From NCBI GenBank assembly GCA_028706745.1, contig JAQTVM010000004.1, forward strand, positions 5,137-69,136: a stretch of DNA of 64,000 nucleotides, written 5' to 3'. Below, piece after piece: positions 52,153-60,283 of this stretch; position 1 is the stretch's first letter, and each line of letters starts with the position of its first letter. A program made the position numbers and the translations under genes. Source of the DNA: Candidatus Nanoarchaeia archaeon. GTDB lineage: Archaea; Nanobdellota; Nanobdellia; SCGC-AAA011-G17; GW2011-AR17. The notes beneath the pieces were generated by a model. The model saw only the letters and a program-made list of their open reading frames with translations, ran no database searches and was not told the origin of the DNA.

Positions 52153-52215
52153 TTATAATTGGGTGACCACAAATGTAGTCACCTAACTGGTATTTTAATG
52201 AAAATTGTAGTCACC
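52153..52215 (+). repeat. 63-bp direct repeat, right copy
   Basis: Same palindrome-containing unit as 50942-51004, with 3 mismatches. Confidence 0.85.
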
Positions 52216-52434
52216 CAAAAAAAGCCGAATAATTACTTATAGAAGTAACGATAGTTACTCAGTTAAGTATCATTATATTTCCCGAAAAGCAAACGTTTTG
52301 AGAGGCAAGCAAAGCCGAAGGCTTTGCCATCATACTATGGCCGCACTGCGGCCATCTGCCTTATTTTTCTCTGCTTTCCCTATATCCCTTTTTAAACCAT
52401 AACCCTTATAAACTCTCCAACCACGTTCTAAACT

Positions 52435-52704
52435 GCGGTGGATATGCCGGGGTGTTGGTTCTACCCTGTCACTTCAAACGAACCTCATGGAAGGGCTATC
52501 GTCCGGGAGCGGGCCGTGCTTTGGCATTGGTCACTTGCCTACTGTTGACACCTTGTCCTGCAGGGTCGTTGCTTTTGGGAATCAGGTCAGGCCAGGAATG
52601 GAGCAGCCTTAACCAACTGCAGTGTCGCTTGCGGGTTCGCAGGGCCGAGGGAAGCTTGGGATTCACCAGTGGCGAGGCATGTAACAATTTCGGGCTTCCG
52701 CCGC
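52435..52704 (+). ncRNA. signal recognition particle RNA (archaeal 7S type)
   Basis: AUCAGGUCAGGCCAGGAAUGGAGCAGCC matches the universal helix-8 motif (CAGGUCAGGUCCGGAAGGAAGCAGCC in 4.5S RNA). The 5' GCGGUGGA pairs with the 3' UUCCGCCGC as a terminal stem. GC-rich and followed by a T-rich tract. Confidence 0.8.
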
Positions 52705-52815
52705 AATTTATTTTCTTTATGTTATTGCTGTCTTATTTCACCCTTAGCTCTTTCATCATTTTATCCCATTTCCACCAAAAGCCTTATATATTACATGCGT
52801 AATACAATATATTAC

Positions 52816-53082
52816 ATGGACACAATCTCTTTCAAGCTCCAAGAGGATATCGTCAAGACAATGGACAAGCTCATCAAGCCCCTGCATTTCAACAACAGGA
52901 CAGAGTTCATAAGGGAGGCAATAAGAGAAATGATATGGAAAGTCGAGGCGGAAATCACGATAAAGAAGCTGGAGAAGTTCAAGGGCGCCGCGAAGGTGCA
53001 TATAACTGACGAGCAGTTTGAAAAAGGAAGGGAAGAAGTAGGAAAGCGGTATGCTGAAAAATGGGGCATAAAGCTAGATTAG
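52816..53082 (+). CDS. ribbon-helix-helix (CopG-like) protein
   Basis: MDTISFKLQEDIVKTMDKLIKPLHFNNRTEFIREAIREMI. Convergent with the PIN gene, with a 9-nt overlap. Confidence 0.7.
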   Translation: MDTISFKLQEDIVKTMDKLIKPLHFNNRTEFIREAIREMIWKVEAEITIKKLEKFKGAAKVHITDEQFEKGREEVGKRYAEKWGIKLD

Positions 53083-53493
53083 CTCTTCCGGCTTTTTGAA
53101 TTCAGTTATTTCTGCAAGCAATTCAAAGTGATGGTCTCTTGCAACCATAATTGCTAAATTATCTCTTGCAAGTATGGCGTAAATGCAGTCGCTAAACGGT
53201 ATTTTAAGTCTATTGCACAAGATGCCTGCTTCCCGCCTTTGTTCCTGGCTTATATCAACTTCTTCCAAAAGCCCCTTATCAGCAACAATACTAAACATTT
53301 TGTTTATTTTTTCCATGCTAAAATAATGTAGCAGTTCTTCAACCACTAAATCTGAATACAGCACTATATCCTTTTCCCTGATTATCTTCTTTAATAGCTC
53401 AAATGCCCATTCACCAAGAGGGCGAAATCTATCCACTCTGTTTTCATGAAAATCCCACCATATTGAAGTGTCCAAATAATACCTCTTTTGCAT
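53074..53493 (-). CDS. PIN-domain protein (VapC-like)
   Basis: MQKRYYLDTSIWWDFHENRVDRFRPLGEW, SDCIYAILARDNLAIMVARDHHF. Confidence 0.75.
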   Translation of the reverse strand: MQKRYYLDTSIWWDFHENRVDRFRPLGEWAFELLKKIIREKDIVLYSDLVVEELLHYFSMEKINKMFSIVADKGLLEEVDISQEQRREAGILCNRLKIPFSDCIYAILARDNLAIMVARDHHFELLAEITEFKKPEELI

Positions 53494-53504
53494 TTTAAGC
53501 GCTG

Positions 53505-53556
53505 TTTGCAGAACTTATATATAATCTTTCGTCCGGAAAAACGCTCCTTTTTCCGG
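53505..53556 (-). promoter_or_regulatory. shared promoter module, copy C
   Basis: tttgcagaacttatatataatctttcgtccggaaaaacgctcctttttccgg. The TATA box lies ~25 nt upstream of the PIN ATG at 53493. Confidence 0.5.
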
Positions 53557-53643
53557 GATTGCCGAAAATATAACAGTATCCTTGGGGCTGCCTTTTTTGC
53601 GTTATCGATACTTTAATAAGGATTTATTGCCATTAAAAATACC

Positions 53644-54375
53644 ATGAAACCATGGCTGCACAAGATTGAGCATTTCGTTGACAGGGCAATACCCTACGCC
53701 TTAATCGTGCTTGCGGGCATTATAATCACTGAACTGTTTTTCAAGCAGTTTGCAGAGGAATACCATCTTGTTATTTCAGTTCTTGACTATTTGATAATCT
53801 CGTTCTTTGTTGCGGACCTGATATTCAAGTACAACAGGATAAGGAAGTTCAAGGAATTCATAAGAGAATGCTGGCTTGACATAATAGCTGTTTTTCCGTT
53901 TGTCCTGTTTTTCAGGTTTTTTGAGGGATTTGCTGCATTTTTCAGGTACAGTTCGGAATTAAAGGAAGGGCAGTCAATCCTGCACACAATTGTCGAGGGC
54001 AGAAAGGAGATAGCAGAGCTGTTCGGCAGGGGCTCAAAGCTTGTTGAAGAGGCAAAGCTTGCTGGCGAGCTGAGCAGGTCGGAAAAAATTCTTAAGGCAG
54101 TAAGGCCCTTGGCAAGGTCTCCAAGGCTGATAAAGGCAATACCTTTTTATGAAAAGCCCACAGGAAGGCACCATCTTCACGAAATGGAGGAGCTGGATGT
54201 GGCTGAAAAAGAAATAAAAAAACAGGAAAAAAACATTGAAAAAGGCGCCAGGAAATTAAAAAATAAGCTGAACAATTTTTGCGGCAAAAACCGGAGCCAG
54301 CCTGACGAGGCGCTCCAAAAACCGCTTTCAAGGAAGTTGAAAAAAAGCGGCAAAAAAAGCAAAAAGAAGCGTTAA
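53644..54375 (+). CDS. membrane protein resembling an isolated ion-transport/voltage-sensor-like module with Lys-rich tail
   Basis: Three or four TM helices. The WLDIIAVFPFVLFFRFF segment resembles ion_trans family helices. No pore/selectivity motif seen. The C-terminal half is charged. Confidence 0.45.
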   Translation: MKPWLHKIEHFVDRAIPYALIVLAGIIITELFFKQFAEEYHLVISVLDYLIISFFVADLIFKYNRIRKFKEFIRECWLDIIAVFPFVLFFRFFEGFAAFFRYSSELKEGQSILHTIVEGRKEIAELFGRGSKLVEEAKLAGELSRSEKILKAVRPLARSPRLIKAIPFYEKPTGRHHLHEMEELDVAEKEIKKQEKNIEKGARKLKNKLNNFCGKNRSQPDEALQKPLSRKLKKSGKKSKKKR

Positions 54376-54505
54376 TTTCCGCTCATTCTGCGTGATTTTC
54401 CAAGGTATGCCGTAAAATTTGCGGATTTTTTCCAGCAAAGTTTATTAAGAAGTTCTGTGCAAAAACCAATCAGCTTCACGGAAGCAAAAAATAAAGGAGG
54501 AAAAA

Positions 54506-54928
54506 ATGGAAGACACAAAGCTTGTTGGAATCCTGAACACGGAGGTGTACAGGCAGAAGGCGCTGAATGCAAAAGACGACGAAAAAGCGCTTTATGAGTC
54601 AAAGGCAGTATATGCAGAGCTGGAAGAAAGGATGAGGAAAGGCACTCTGAAAGACGTGATTGAGGCAATCATCAAGAATTCAGATGAGCCTGTTGCTGTT
54701 GAGGCAAGGGACTACCTTAGATTGCACAACGGCTCAAACACGATATGCGAGGTAAGGGCGTATAATACGGATAACAGCAGGAAAAAGAAAGAAGACACTG
54801 AAATACTTCCCCTTGATGAAAAAGCAGCCGCATACATTGACATGAGAAAGACAGCTGACGAGACAGAATATGACTGCCTTGACCTGACTGTAAAGCTATA
54901 CGATGATGTCGGAAATGGAACTGCCTGA
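54506..54928 (+). CDS. small protein, candidate ubiquitin-like modifier precursor (first gene of the E1/E2/JAB operon)
   Basis: A strong AAGGAGG SD. 140 aa. The C-terminus is ...CLDLTVKLYDDVGNGTA. Overlaps the JAB gene by 26 nt. The functional call is inferred from context only. Confidence 0.4.
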   Translation: MEDTKLVGILNTEVYRQKALNAKDDEKALYESKAVYAELEERMRKGTLKDVIEAIIKNSDEPVAVEARDYLRLHNGSNTICEVRAYNTDNSRKKKEDTEILPLDEKAAAYIDMRKTADETEYDCLDLTVKLYDDVGNGTA

Positions 54929-56276
54929 ATTCCTTTACAGCAGGATTTGCAGCACTGCAAGGGCTGTTTCAGATATTGCAGAGAGGGAAATCGAGTGCAT
55001 GGGCTATTTGCTTCAGAAGAAAGGCAGCCTGTTAATCACTGATTTCTTTTTTCCAAAGCAGAACGGCATGGACGCAAGAAGCGGCACTTCTGATTTCCCT
55101 CCCAGGGACATGTATGAGAAAGGATTTTACATTGCAGGAATGTGGCACAGCCACGGCGCCTTTCCCTTGTTTCATTCTGAAATTGACTATGCCCATATCG
55201 CAAACAAGCTGAAGGCAATGGAGAGGGAATACAAAACATTGGGCTCATGGCTCTCATTTTCATCCGGAAATGAAATTGCAATGTACAACAAGGAGACAAT
55301 GCAGGGATTCAAGATAATGCTGAAGGATAATCTGGGAGCGCAGGCAGACAAAACAGTTCCTGAAATAAATGTAAAAGAGGTTTTTCCGGATGAATTTCTC
55401 AGCATTGTGGTAAATGAAGGTGTTTACAGGAATGGAAAAAAGCCCCACGCAATGAAGTTTTCCCTTGACGGCTCAAATCTCCTGAAATCCAAGGAAGAGA
55501 CAGGGATTATTCCTTCGTTGCCGGACGAGACGCTTGAGGAAATAGCTGAAAAATTTTACTTCAACGGAAAGCCCCTGAAGGAGTCAGGGAATTATAAGCA
55601 AATTAATGCGCCAAAAGCAAAGGCAGAGGGAAAACAAGTGCATTTGAACTGCAAAAAAGGGAATTTCCTTTTTGAATGCAAAAATAAGGAAGAAGCAAAT
55701 GAATTGCAAGAGTCAATATTGTCTGTTGAAGAGCTTGGAGAGCAGGAGAAAAAAGAAATAAGCGCCAGAATCCCAAAGCCGCTTTCTTTGGAACAAAATC
55801 TTGGCTTAATTCTGAAAAAGAAAACAACAGCAATAGCGCCTGAAAAGCAATACGCTTCAAATGACGACTACCTTAACGGCTCAAAAGAGTTTCATTTGTT
55901 TTACGTTGGAAAGTTTCTCGCTTTGCTGCCTTATTATACAAGGGCAGAGCTTGAATCAGAAAAGGCAGTGCTTGACCTGCTTGCGGCAGTAGCGGGAGTG
56001 TTTGACGATGCGGAAACAAGGGAAGAGGCAATCAAGGCAAGAGCGGTAAAAATCAAGCAAGCCTGCAGAAAAATAAAAGCTGCAGACAAGTCAGCAAAAG
56101 AGGCGCTGAAAAAAGCAGGAGAAATAATAAGGGGAGGGGATTACAGCAAGGATGAAAAAAGAAAAATTCTTGCAAGGCTGAGGATGATTAGAAAGAAGAA
56201 TGCCGGGGAAAAAGAGATGAAAAATGGTTTGCGAGCAGGGCGAAGTGAACCCTTGAACGGAGTGGGGACGAAGTGA
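54903..56276 (+). CDS. JAB/MPN+ (JAMM) metallopeptidase with long C-terminal extension
   Basis: E in REIECMGYL. GMWHSHGAFPLFHSEID gives H-x-H-x7-S-x2-D. A ~300-aa Lys/Glu-rich tail follows. Confidence 0.7.
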   Translation: MMSEMELPEFLYSRICSTARAVSDIAEREIECMGYLLQKKGSLLITDFFFPKQNGMDARSGTSDFPPRDMYEKGFYIAGMWHSHGAFPLFHSEIDYAHIANKLKAMEREYKTLGSWLSFSSGNEIAMYNKETMQGFKIMLKDNLGAQADKTVPEINVKEVFPDEFLSIVVNEGVYRNGKKPHAMKFSLDGSNLLKSKEETGIIPSLPDETLEEIAEKFYFNGKPLKESGNYKQINAPKAKAEGKQVHLNCKKGNFLFECKNKEEANELQESILSVEELGEQEKKEISARIPKPLSLEQNLGLILKKKTTAIAPEKQYASNDDYLNGSKEFHLFYVGKFLALLPYYTRAELESEKAVLDLLAAVAGVFDDAETREEAIKARAVKIKQACRKIKAADKSAKEALKKAGEIIRGGDYSKDEKRKILARLRMIRKKNAGEKEMKNGLRAGRSEPLNGVGTK

Positions 56277-57292
56277 AAATGCCTGATACATTCTTCAAGT
56301 CATTTATTGCAAAAAAGCCGTGCGCTGTTGTATTCCCTTATGTCCATATGCAGGCAGACGCAAGAGAAAGCTATGTTGATTTCAATAAAAGCAGGTTCTG
56401 GCTTTCAATGACAGGCACTATAAACGGGCTTGAGAATGCGCTGCTTGAAAAAAACAGCGAATCATCATTCGCAGACAGGGTAAAGCAGGATGTGATTGAA
56501 AAAGGCGCCTTAAGCCTTGAGCAGTCTTTGAATGGCATGCCCAAGGAATATGTCCGGCTTGCAGAATTTGTAATGCACGGAGATTTGCCGCAAAAAAAAG
56601 GGATTATTGCAGAGCGGGTGCTTCCTTCCAAAAACTTTTTTGCTGTTTCAGGAAAAATCTACCCGCTTTTTGAGGGAGGGCAGAATGCGGCAATAGCGAA
56701 TAAAAGATACAGCCTCGGGCTTACACCCTCCTCCTCGATTGATGAGCTTGACTCAAAATATATGAAAGCCTTAGAATATGAAAAAAGAAAGCGGGGATTG
56801 TGCGCAAAGCTGGATGCAATGCAGGGATTAAAAGAAAAGAGGTGGCTTGACAGCGGCAAAAACATCGGTTTCAGAATAATAAAAGAAAGGTTCTATGCAT
56901 TCACAAAAGTGGATTCATATGTTCTTTTTGAAAGGATGAACAATGCATATTATGAATTCCCTGAGGCAGAAGTGGGTGTTCCCTTGTTCCTTAATGAAAA
57001 GGGAATTGACTTTGGAAAGCTTTACGTGCTGAACACATACAGCCATCCTTCAATATCCTGCTTTGAAATCCCTATGCAGCCGATATGCGCAGGCAGCTAT
57101 GATTATGAATCTGTGAAAAGAAGGCACAAGTCGCCCTTTGCAGTGCTTGAAGAGCTTATGGAAAAGGCAAGGACTGTTCTTACGGAAGAATACAGGAGCA
57201 GGGGAAAGCCGTACTACTTTCTTACAAATGCAAAATTTGACAAATTCAAAACATCTTATTTCAATGAAAAAAAGGTGACAAACATTGGCTGA
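56273..57292 (+). CDS. protein with C-terminal E2 (UBC)-like core
   Basis: YSHPSISCFEIPMQPICAGSYDYESVKRRHKSPFAVLEELMEKA resembles UBC HPN(I)...(I)C...SP...(helix). GTG start at 56273, or ATG at 56279. Confidence 0.45.
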   Translation: MKMPDTFFKSFIAKKPCAVVFPYVHMQADARESYVDFNKSRFWLSMTGTINGLENALLEKNSESSFADRVKQDVIEKGALSLEQSLNGMPKEYVRLAEFVMHGDLPQKKGIIAERVLPSKNFFAVSGKIYPLFEGGQNAAIANKRYSLGLTPSSSIDELDSKYMKALEYEKRKRGLCAKLDAMQGLKEKRWLDSGKNIGFRIIKERFYAFTKVDSYVLFERMNNAYYEFPEAEVGVPLFLNEKGIDFGKLYVLNTYSHPSISCFEIPMQPICAGSYDYESVKRRHKSPFAVLEELMEKARTVLTEEYRSRGKPYYFLTNAKFDKFKTSYFNEKKVTNIG

Positions 57293-58568
57293 CTATTCAA
57301 GGCAGGCTGCAATCTTTGACCAGGCGGTTTTAAGGAATTCCAAGATTGCAGTAGTCGGCTCAGGGAATACAACTGATTTTTTTCTCCTTTACGCAGCAGG
57401 GCTTGGAATTGGAAATATCTTGCTTTTCAACAAGGGAGAAAGCGGTTTCTTGAAGAAAGATTATTCCTTAATCAGCAGGATAAATTCAGATGTAAATCTT
57501 GAAACAGTCAATAGCGGTTTTGAGCCTGCATTTATCGGCAAGATTGGCGCTTTGGCTGACTTTACAAATGACAAAACCTCAAAAAAAGCAGCCTTGAATT
57601 ACTGCGCAAAAAATAATGCAGGATTGTTTGTAAGCTCTTCGCCTTTGGAAACAATTTATTCCCCTTTTATTTTGTCTTCATTGCTTTGGAAGCCGTCAAT
57701 TGAAAATTCCCCTATGCCATTTTCTGCGGGATTAAAGGCGGCAATTGCCTTGGACGAAATAAGAAAAGCATTGCTTCCCCTGCCCGGAGATGAAACATTG
57801 CCGGGCAGGCTTTATTTCGGCATTTTTTCAAAAAGGCGCTTTTTTGAAAAGCAGTCGCTTGTTGAATCAATAAGCAGAAATTATCCTGCGTCAAAAGCAG
57901 GAAGGGCTTTGATAATAGGAGCAGGGGGGATAGGAACATATGTTGCATTGAACCTTGCGCTTTTGGGAATCCCGATGGAGATTTATGACGGGGACAAGAT
58001 AGAGCCGACAAATCTAAACAGGCAGGTATTTTATTATGATGCAATCGGAAAAAACAAGGCAAAAGTCCTGAAGGAAAATCTTGAAGCCCTTGTCAATGCT
58101 GATATCAAGGCAAACAGCTTTAATTTTGAAGAAAAGCACGGAAAAAAAGCAGGTTACAGCGCAGTATTTTCGTGCGTTGACAGCTGGCCTGCAAGGAAGA
58201 TTCTCAATGCATATGCCTTGAAAAATAATATTCCCTTGATAGACGCAGGAGTAGGGCCTTTCACAGCAAGACTTGACGTCTGCAACAAGAATGCCTGCCT
58301 TGAATGCAGAAGGGGAAAAAGGGAGGAAAAGCCATCCGCAGGCGGCTGCGCTTCGCTTCAGGAGTCAAATGTCGTGATGTGCAATGCATTCATCGGTGCA
58401 ATGGCTGCTGCTGAATTCTATGCAATGCAGATGTCAAGGGAAAACAAGGGCAGGCAGCTTTTGTATTTCTCAAAAAAATCATTAAAAGAAAAGGTTTGCC
58501 TGCTTGAAACTGAAACGCAGTGCAGTGAAAGCTGCGAATGCCCATGCCATGGAGTAAAAAATGCGTGA
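57285..58568 (+). CDS. E1-like (ThiF/MoeB/UBA family) enzyme with degenerate N-terminal and active C-terminal adenylation domains
   Basis: The C-terminal domain has IIGAGGIGTYVALNLALLGI, DGDKIEPTNLNRQ, CVDSWPARKILN and CLEC. The N-terminal domain has VVGSGNTTDFFLLYAAGLGIGNILLF without the NLNRQ block. TTG start. Confidence 0.75.
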   Translation: MADYSRQAAIFDQAVLRNSKIAVVGSGNTTDFFLLYAAGLGIGNILLFNKGESGFLKKDYSLISRINSDVNLETVNSGFEPAFIGKIGALADFTNDKTSKKAALNYCAKNNAGLFVSSSPLETIYSPFILSSLLWKPSIENSPMPFSAGLKAAIALDEIRKALLPLPGDETLPGRLYFGIFSKRRFFEKQSLVESISRNYPASKAGRALIIGAGGIGTYVALNLALLGIPMEIYDGDKIEPTNLNRQVFYYDAIGKNKAKVLKENLEALVNADIKANSFNFEEKHGKKAGYSAVFSCVDSWPARKILNAYALKNNIPLIDAGVGPFTARLDVCNKNACLECRRGKREEKPSAGGCASLQESNVVMCNAFIGAMAAAEFYAMQMSRENKGRQLLYFSKKSLKEKVCLLETETQCSESCECPCHGVKNA

Positions 58569-58971
58569 ACGAGAAATAATGAACCTGCTCAGGCAGGATG
58601 CAAGGCTTACAATAAGGCAGGCTGCCTCATCTTTAGGGGAGTCAAGGCATTCCGCTGCAAGGGCTTTCAGGAGGGCTTTGAGAAAGGCAGGCAGGTTCAC
58701 GATAATACTTGATTTCAGGCAGATGGGATTTGAGATACACGCGCTTTTTCTTCTTGAGCCAAGGACAATAAGGCTTGTAAAATTCCTGAAACAAAATGCC
58801 AGCGTAAACTCTGTCTTTGGATGCAGGGGGAATTATTCGCTTATGGTATATGCAATATTCCGCAATATGCGGCGGTTTGCTGACTTTGACGACAGGGTGT
58901 CAAGGCTGTGCACGGGAAAAAGAATTCATTTTATTGTTGAGGAGGTGAAGCAGGAAGATGCCTTTCTATGA
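58561..58971 (+). CDS. Lrp/AsnC-like transcriptional regulator
   Basis: REIMNLLRQDARLTIRQAASSLGESRHSAARAFRRALRKAG (HTH_AsnC pattern) followed by a RAM-like domain. 8-nt overlap with the E1 gene. Confidence 0.55.
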   Translation: MREREIMNLLRQDARLTIRQAASSLGESRHSAARAFRRALRKAGRFTIILDFRQMGFEIHALFLLEPRTIRLVKFLKQNASVNSVFGCRGNYSLMVYAIFRNMRRFADFDDRVSRLCTGKRIHFIVEEVKQEDAFL

Positions 58972-59632
58972 AAAGCTTAGGAGAATAAAATATCCGCTGG
59001 CTGCGGTTTTGGCGGCGGGTTTAATAGGCACAGGAGTATTTGCAGGAGCCAGCTGCAATACTAAAAGCCAAGATAACCCTCCGCAAACAGGAAGCATTGA
59101 GCCATACAGGCAGGCGCTTGAGAAACTTGCAGAATGCGAAACATACCTCCTTGATGAGAAGTATGAAAAAGCAAGCGAGTGCAATGATTCTTTTGCGTTA
59201 ATTGAGCAGGAAAGCAGTGAATACAGGCAAAGCATAAGCAGCCTTTCTGAGCGCTTTTCAAACAGGCTGCAGGATTCCATTGAAAGCAAATATAACCTTA
59301 TGCTTAAGCAGGCAGAAGCAGAGCTTTCTCTTGATAATTACAGCTATGCCTTGGAGCTTTCAAACAGGGCTGAGAATGAGCTTGAAAAATTGGATTTCTT
59401 TGAAAAGCAGAATGAGATGCTTGCAAAATCCAACGAGCTTGAAAGGAAAATAAATGATGAAAAATCAAATAATACTGCTGACTTTTCTTACATTGAGCAT
59501 TATTACGGCAGGATAAAGCAGCTTTACCTTTTATTGGGCTTTGGACAGCCGTTGTCAGACATTGCAGCCGCTTTGACAATATTGCTGCCTGTATACGGCG
59601 TTGTGAGAAGGATGAGAAAAAGGTTTGTCTGA
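58958..59632 (+). CDS. lipoprotein with C-terminal TM helix and basic tail
   Basis: Lipobox FAGASC, a coiled central part, and the C-terminus GQPLSDIAAALTILLPVYGVVRRMRKRFV. Confidence 0.55.
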   Translation: MPFYEKLRRIKYPLAAVLAAGLIGTGVFAGASCNTKSQDNPPQTGSIEPYRQALEKLAECETYLLDEKYEKASECNDSFALIEQESSEYRQSISSLSERFSNRLQDSIESKYNLMLKQAEAELSLDNYSYALELSNRAENELEKLDFFEKQNEMLAKSNELERKINDEKSNNTADFSYIEHYYGRIKQLYLLLGFGQPLSDIAAALTILLPVYGVVRRMRKRFV

Positions 59633-60283
59633 TTATTCAGCCCCAAGCTTTACAGGCTCTTCCTCTTGTGCTTCTGTTGTTTCAGGAGCGATTTCCTGTT
59701 CTGCAGGAGGTGTTTCTTCAACCTTTCCGGCATTTTCAATATTGCCTGTTGCTGGAGTGTATGTTATTTCTCCGGTAATGCCTGTCTCAATGAATACCCT
59801 GAAATTTGGTGAAAAGGTATAGTCGTGATATTCTGTGGAAATCATAATCTCCTTTTCAGTAAGCCCGAAAAGCCCCCTGCTGTCTATCCTGAATATGTAG
59901 TCTTCTGCCTTCAGTTCAGCACCCGGATAAGCCTTGTTGAATTCAGCAAGATATTTGCCGAATTCCCCTGAAAAGTCCCTGATGAACTGCTCAGGATTTG
60001 CCTTTAATGTCTCAATTGGCTTTTTTATATGCAATTCTTCCTCTCTTATCTCAATAAATTTTCCCGCTTTCCTGAATGAGTTGTAAGCAGCAGTATCAAT
60101 GAACAACAGCTGTTTTTCTCCTTCAAGGTATGTATTATAAATATTAATTTCTGTTTCTCCAAGGTAGCTTGTAACCGGGCCTTCCTTGAGCGAGTCAGTC
60201 CTGTTGTAAAATATTATCATTGCAATCAGGAAAGCGATTGCTGAAAACGTGAGCACAGCCATTGCCTTTTTTCTTATGGGCAT
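59633..60283 (-). CDS. membrane-anchored hypothetical protein with acidic C-terminus
   Basis: A GGAGGTG SD precedes the ATG at 60283 (MPIRKKAMAVLTFSAIAFLIAMIIFY). The Glu/Pro-rich tail is PPAEQEIAPETTEAQEEEP. Confidence 0.55.
   Translation of the reverse strand: MPIRKKAMAVLTFSAIAFLIAMIIFYNRTDSLKEGPVTSYLGETEINIYNTYLEGEKQLLFIDTAAYNSFRKAGKFIEIREEELHIKKPIETLKANPEQFIRDFSGEFGKYLAEFNKAYPGAELKAEDYIFRIDSRGLFGLTEKEIMISTEYHDYTFSPNFRVFIETGITGEITYTPATGNIENAGKVEETPPAEQEIAPETTEAQEEEPVKLGAE

Noticed and set aside
50942-52215. Possibility that the palindrome-containing repeats are a CRISPR array
   Set aside because: There are only two copies, 63 bp long and 1.1 kb apart, flanking protein-coding genes. No regular repeat-spacer periodicity exists anywhere in the window.
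52452-52802. ORFs 52452-52802 (+) and 52496-52687 (-)
   Set aside because: They lie on the GC-rich SRP RNA, which has the helix-8 motif and a terminal stem. The translations are Arg/Leu/Pro/Gly-rich, as is typical of translated structured RNA.
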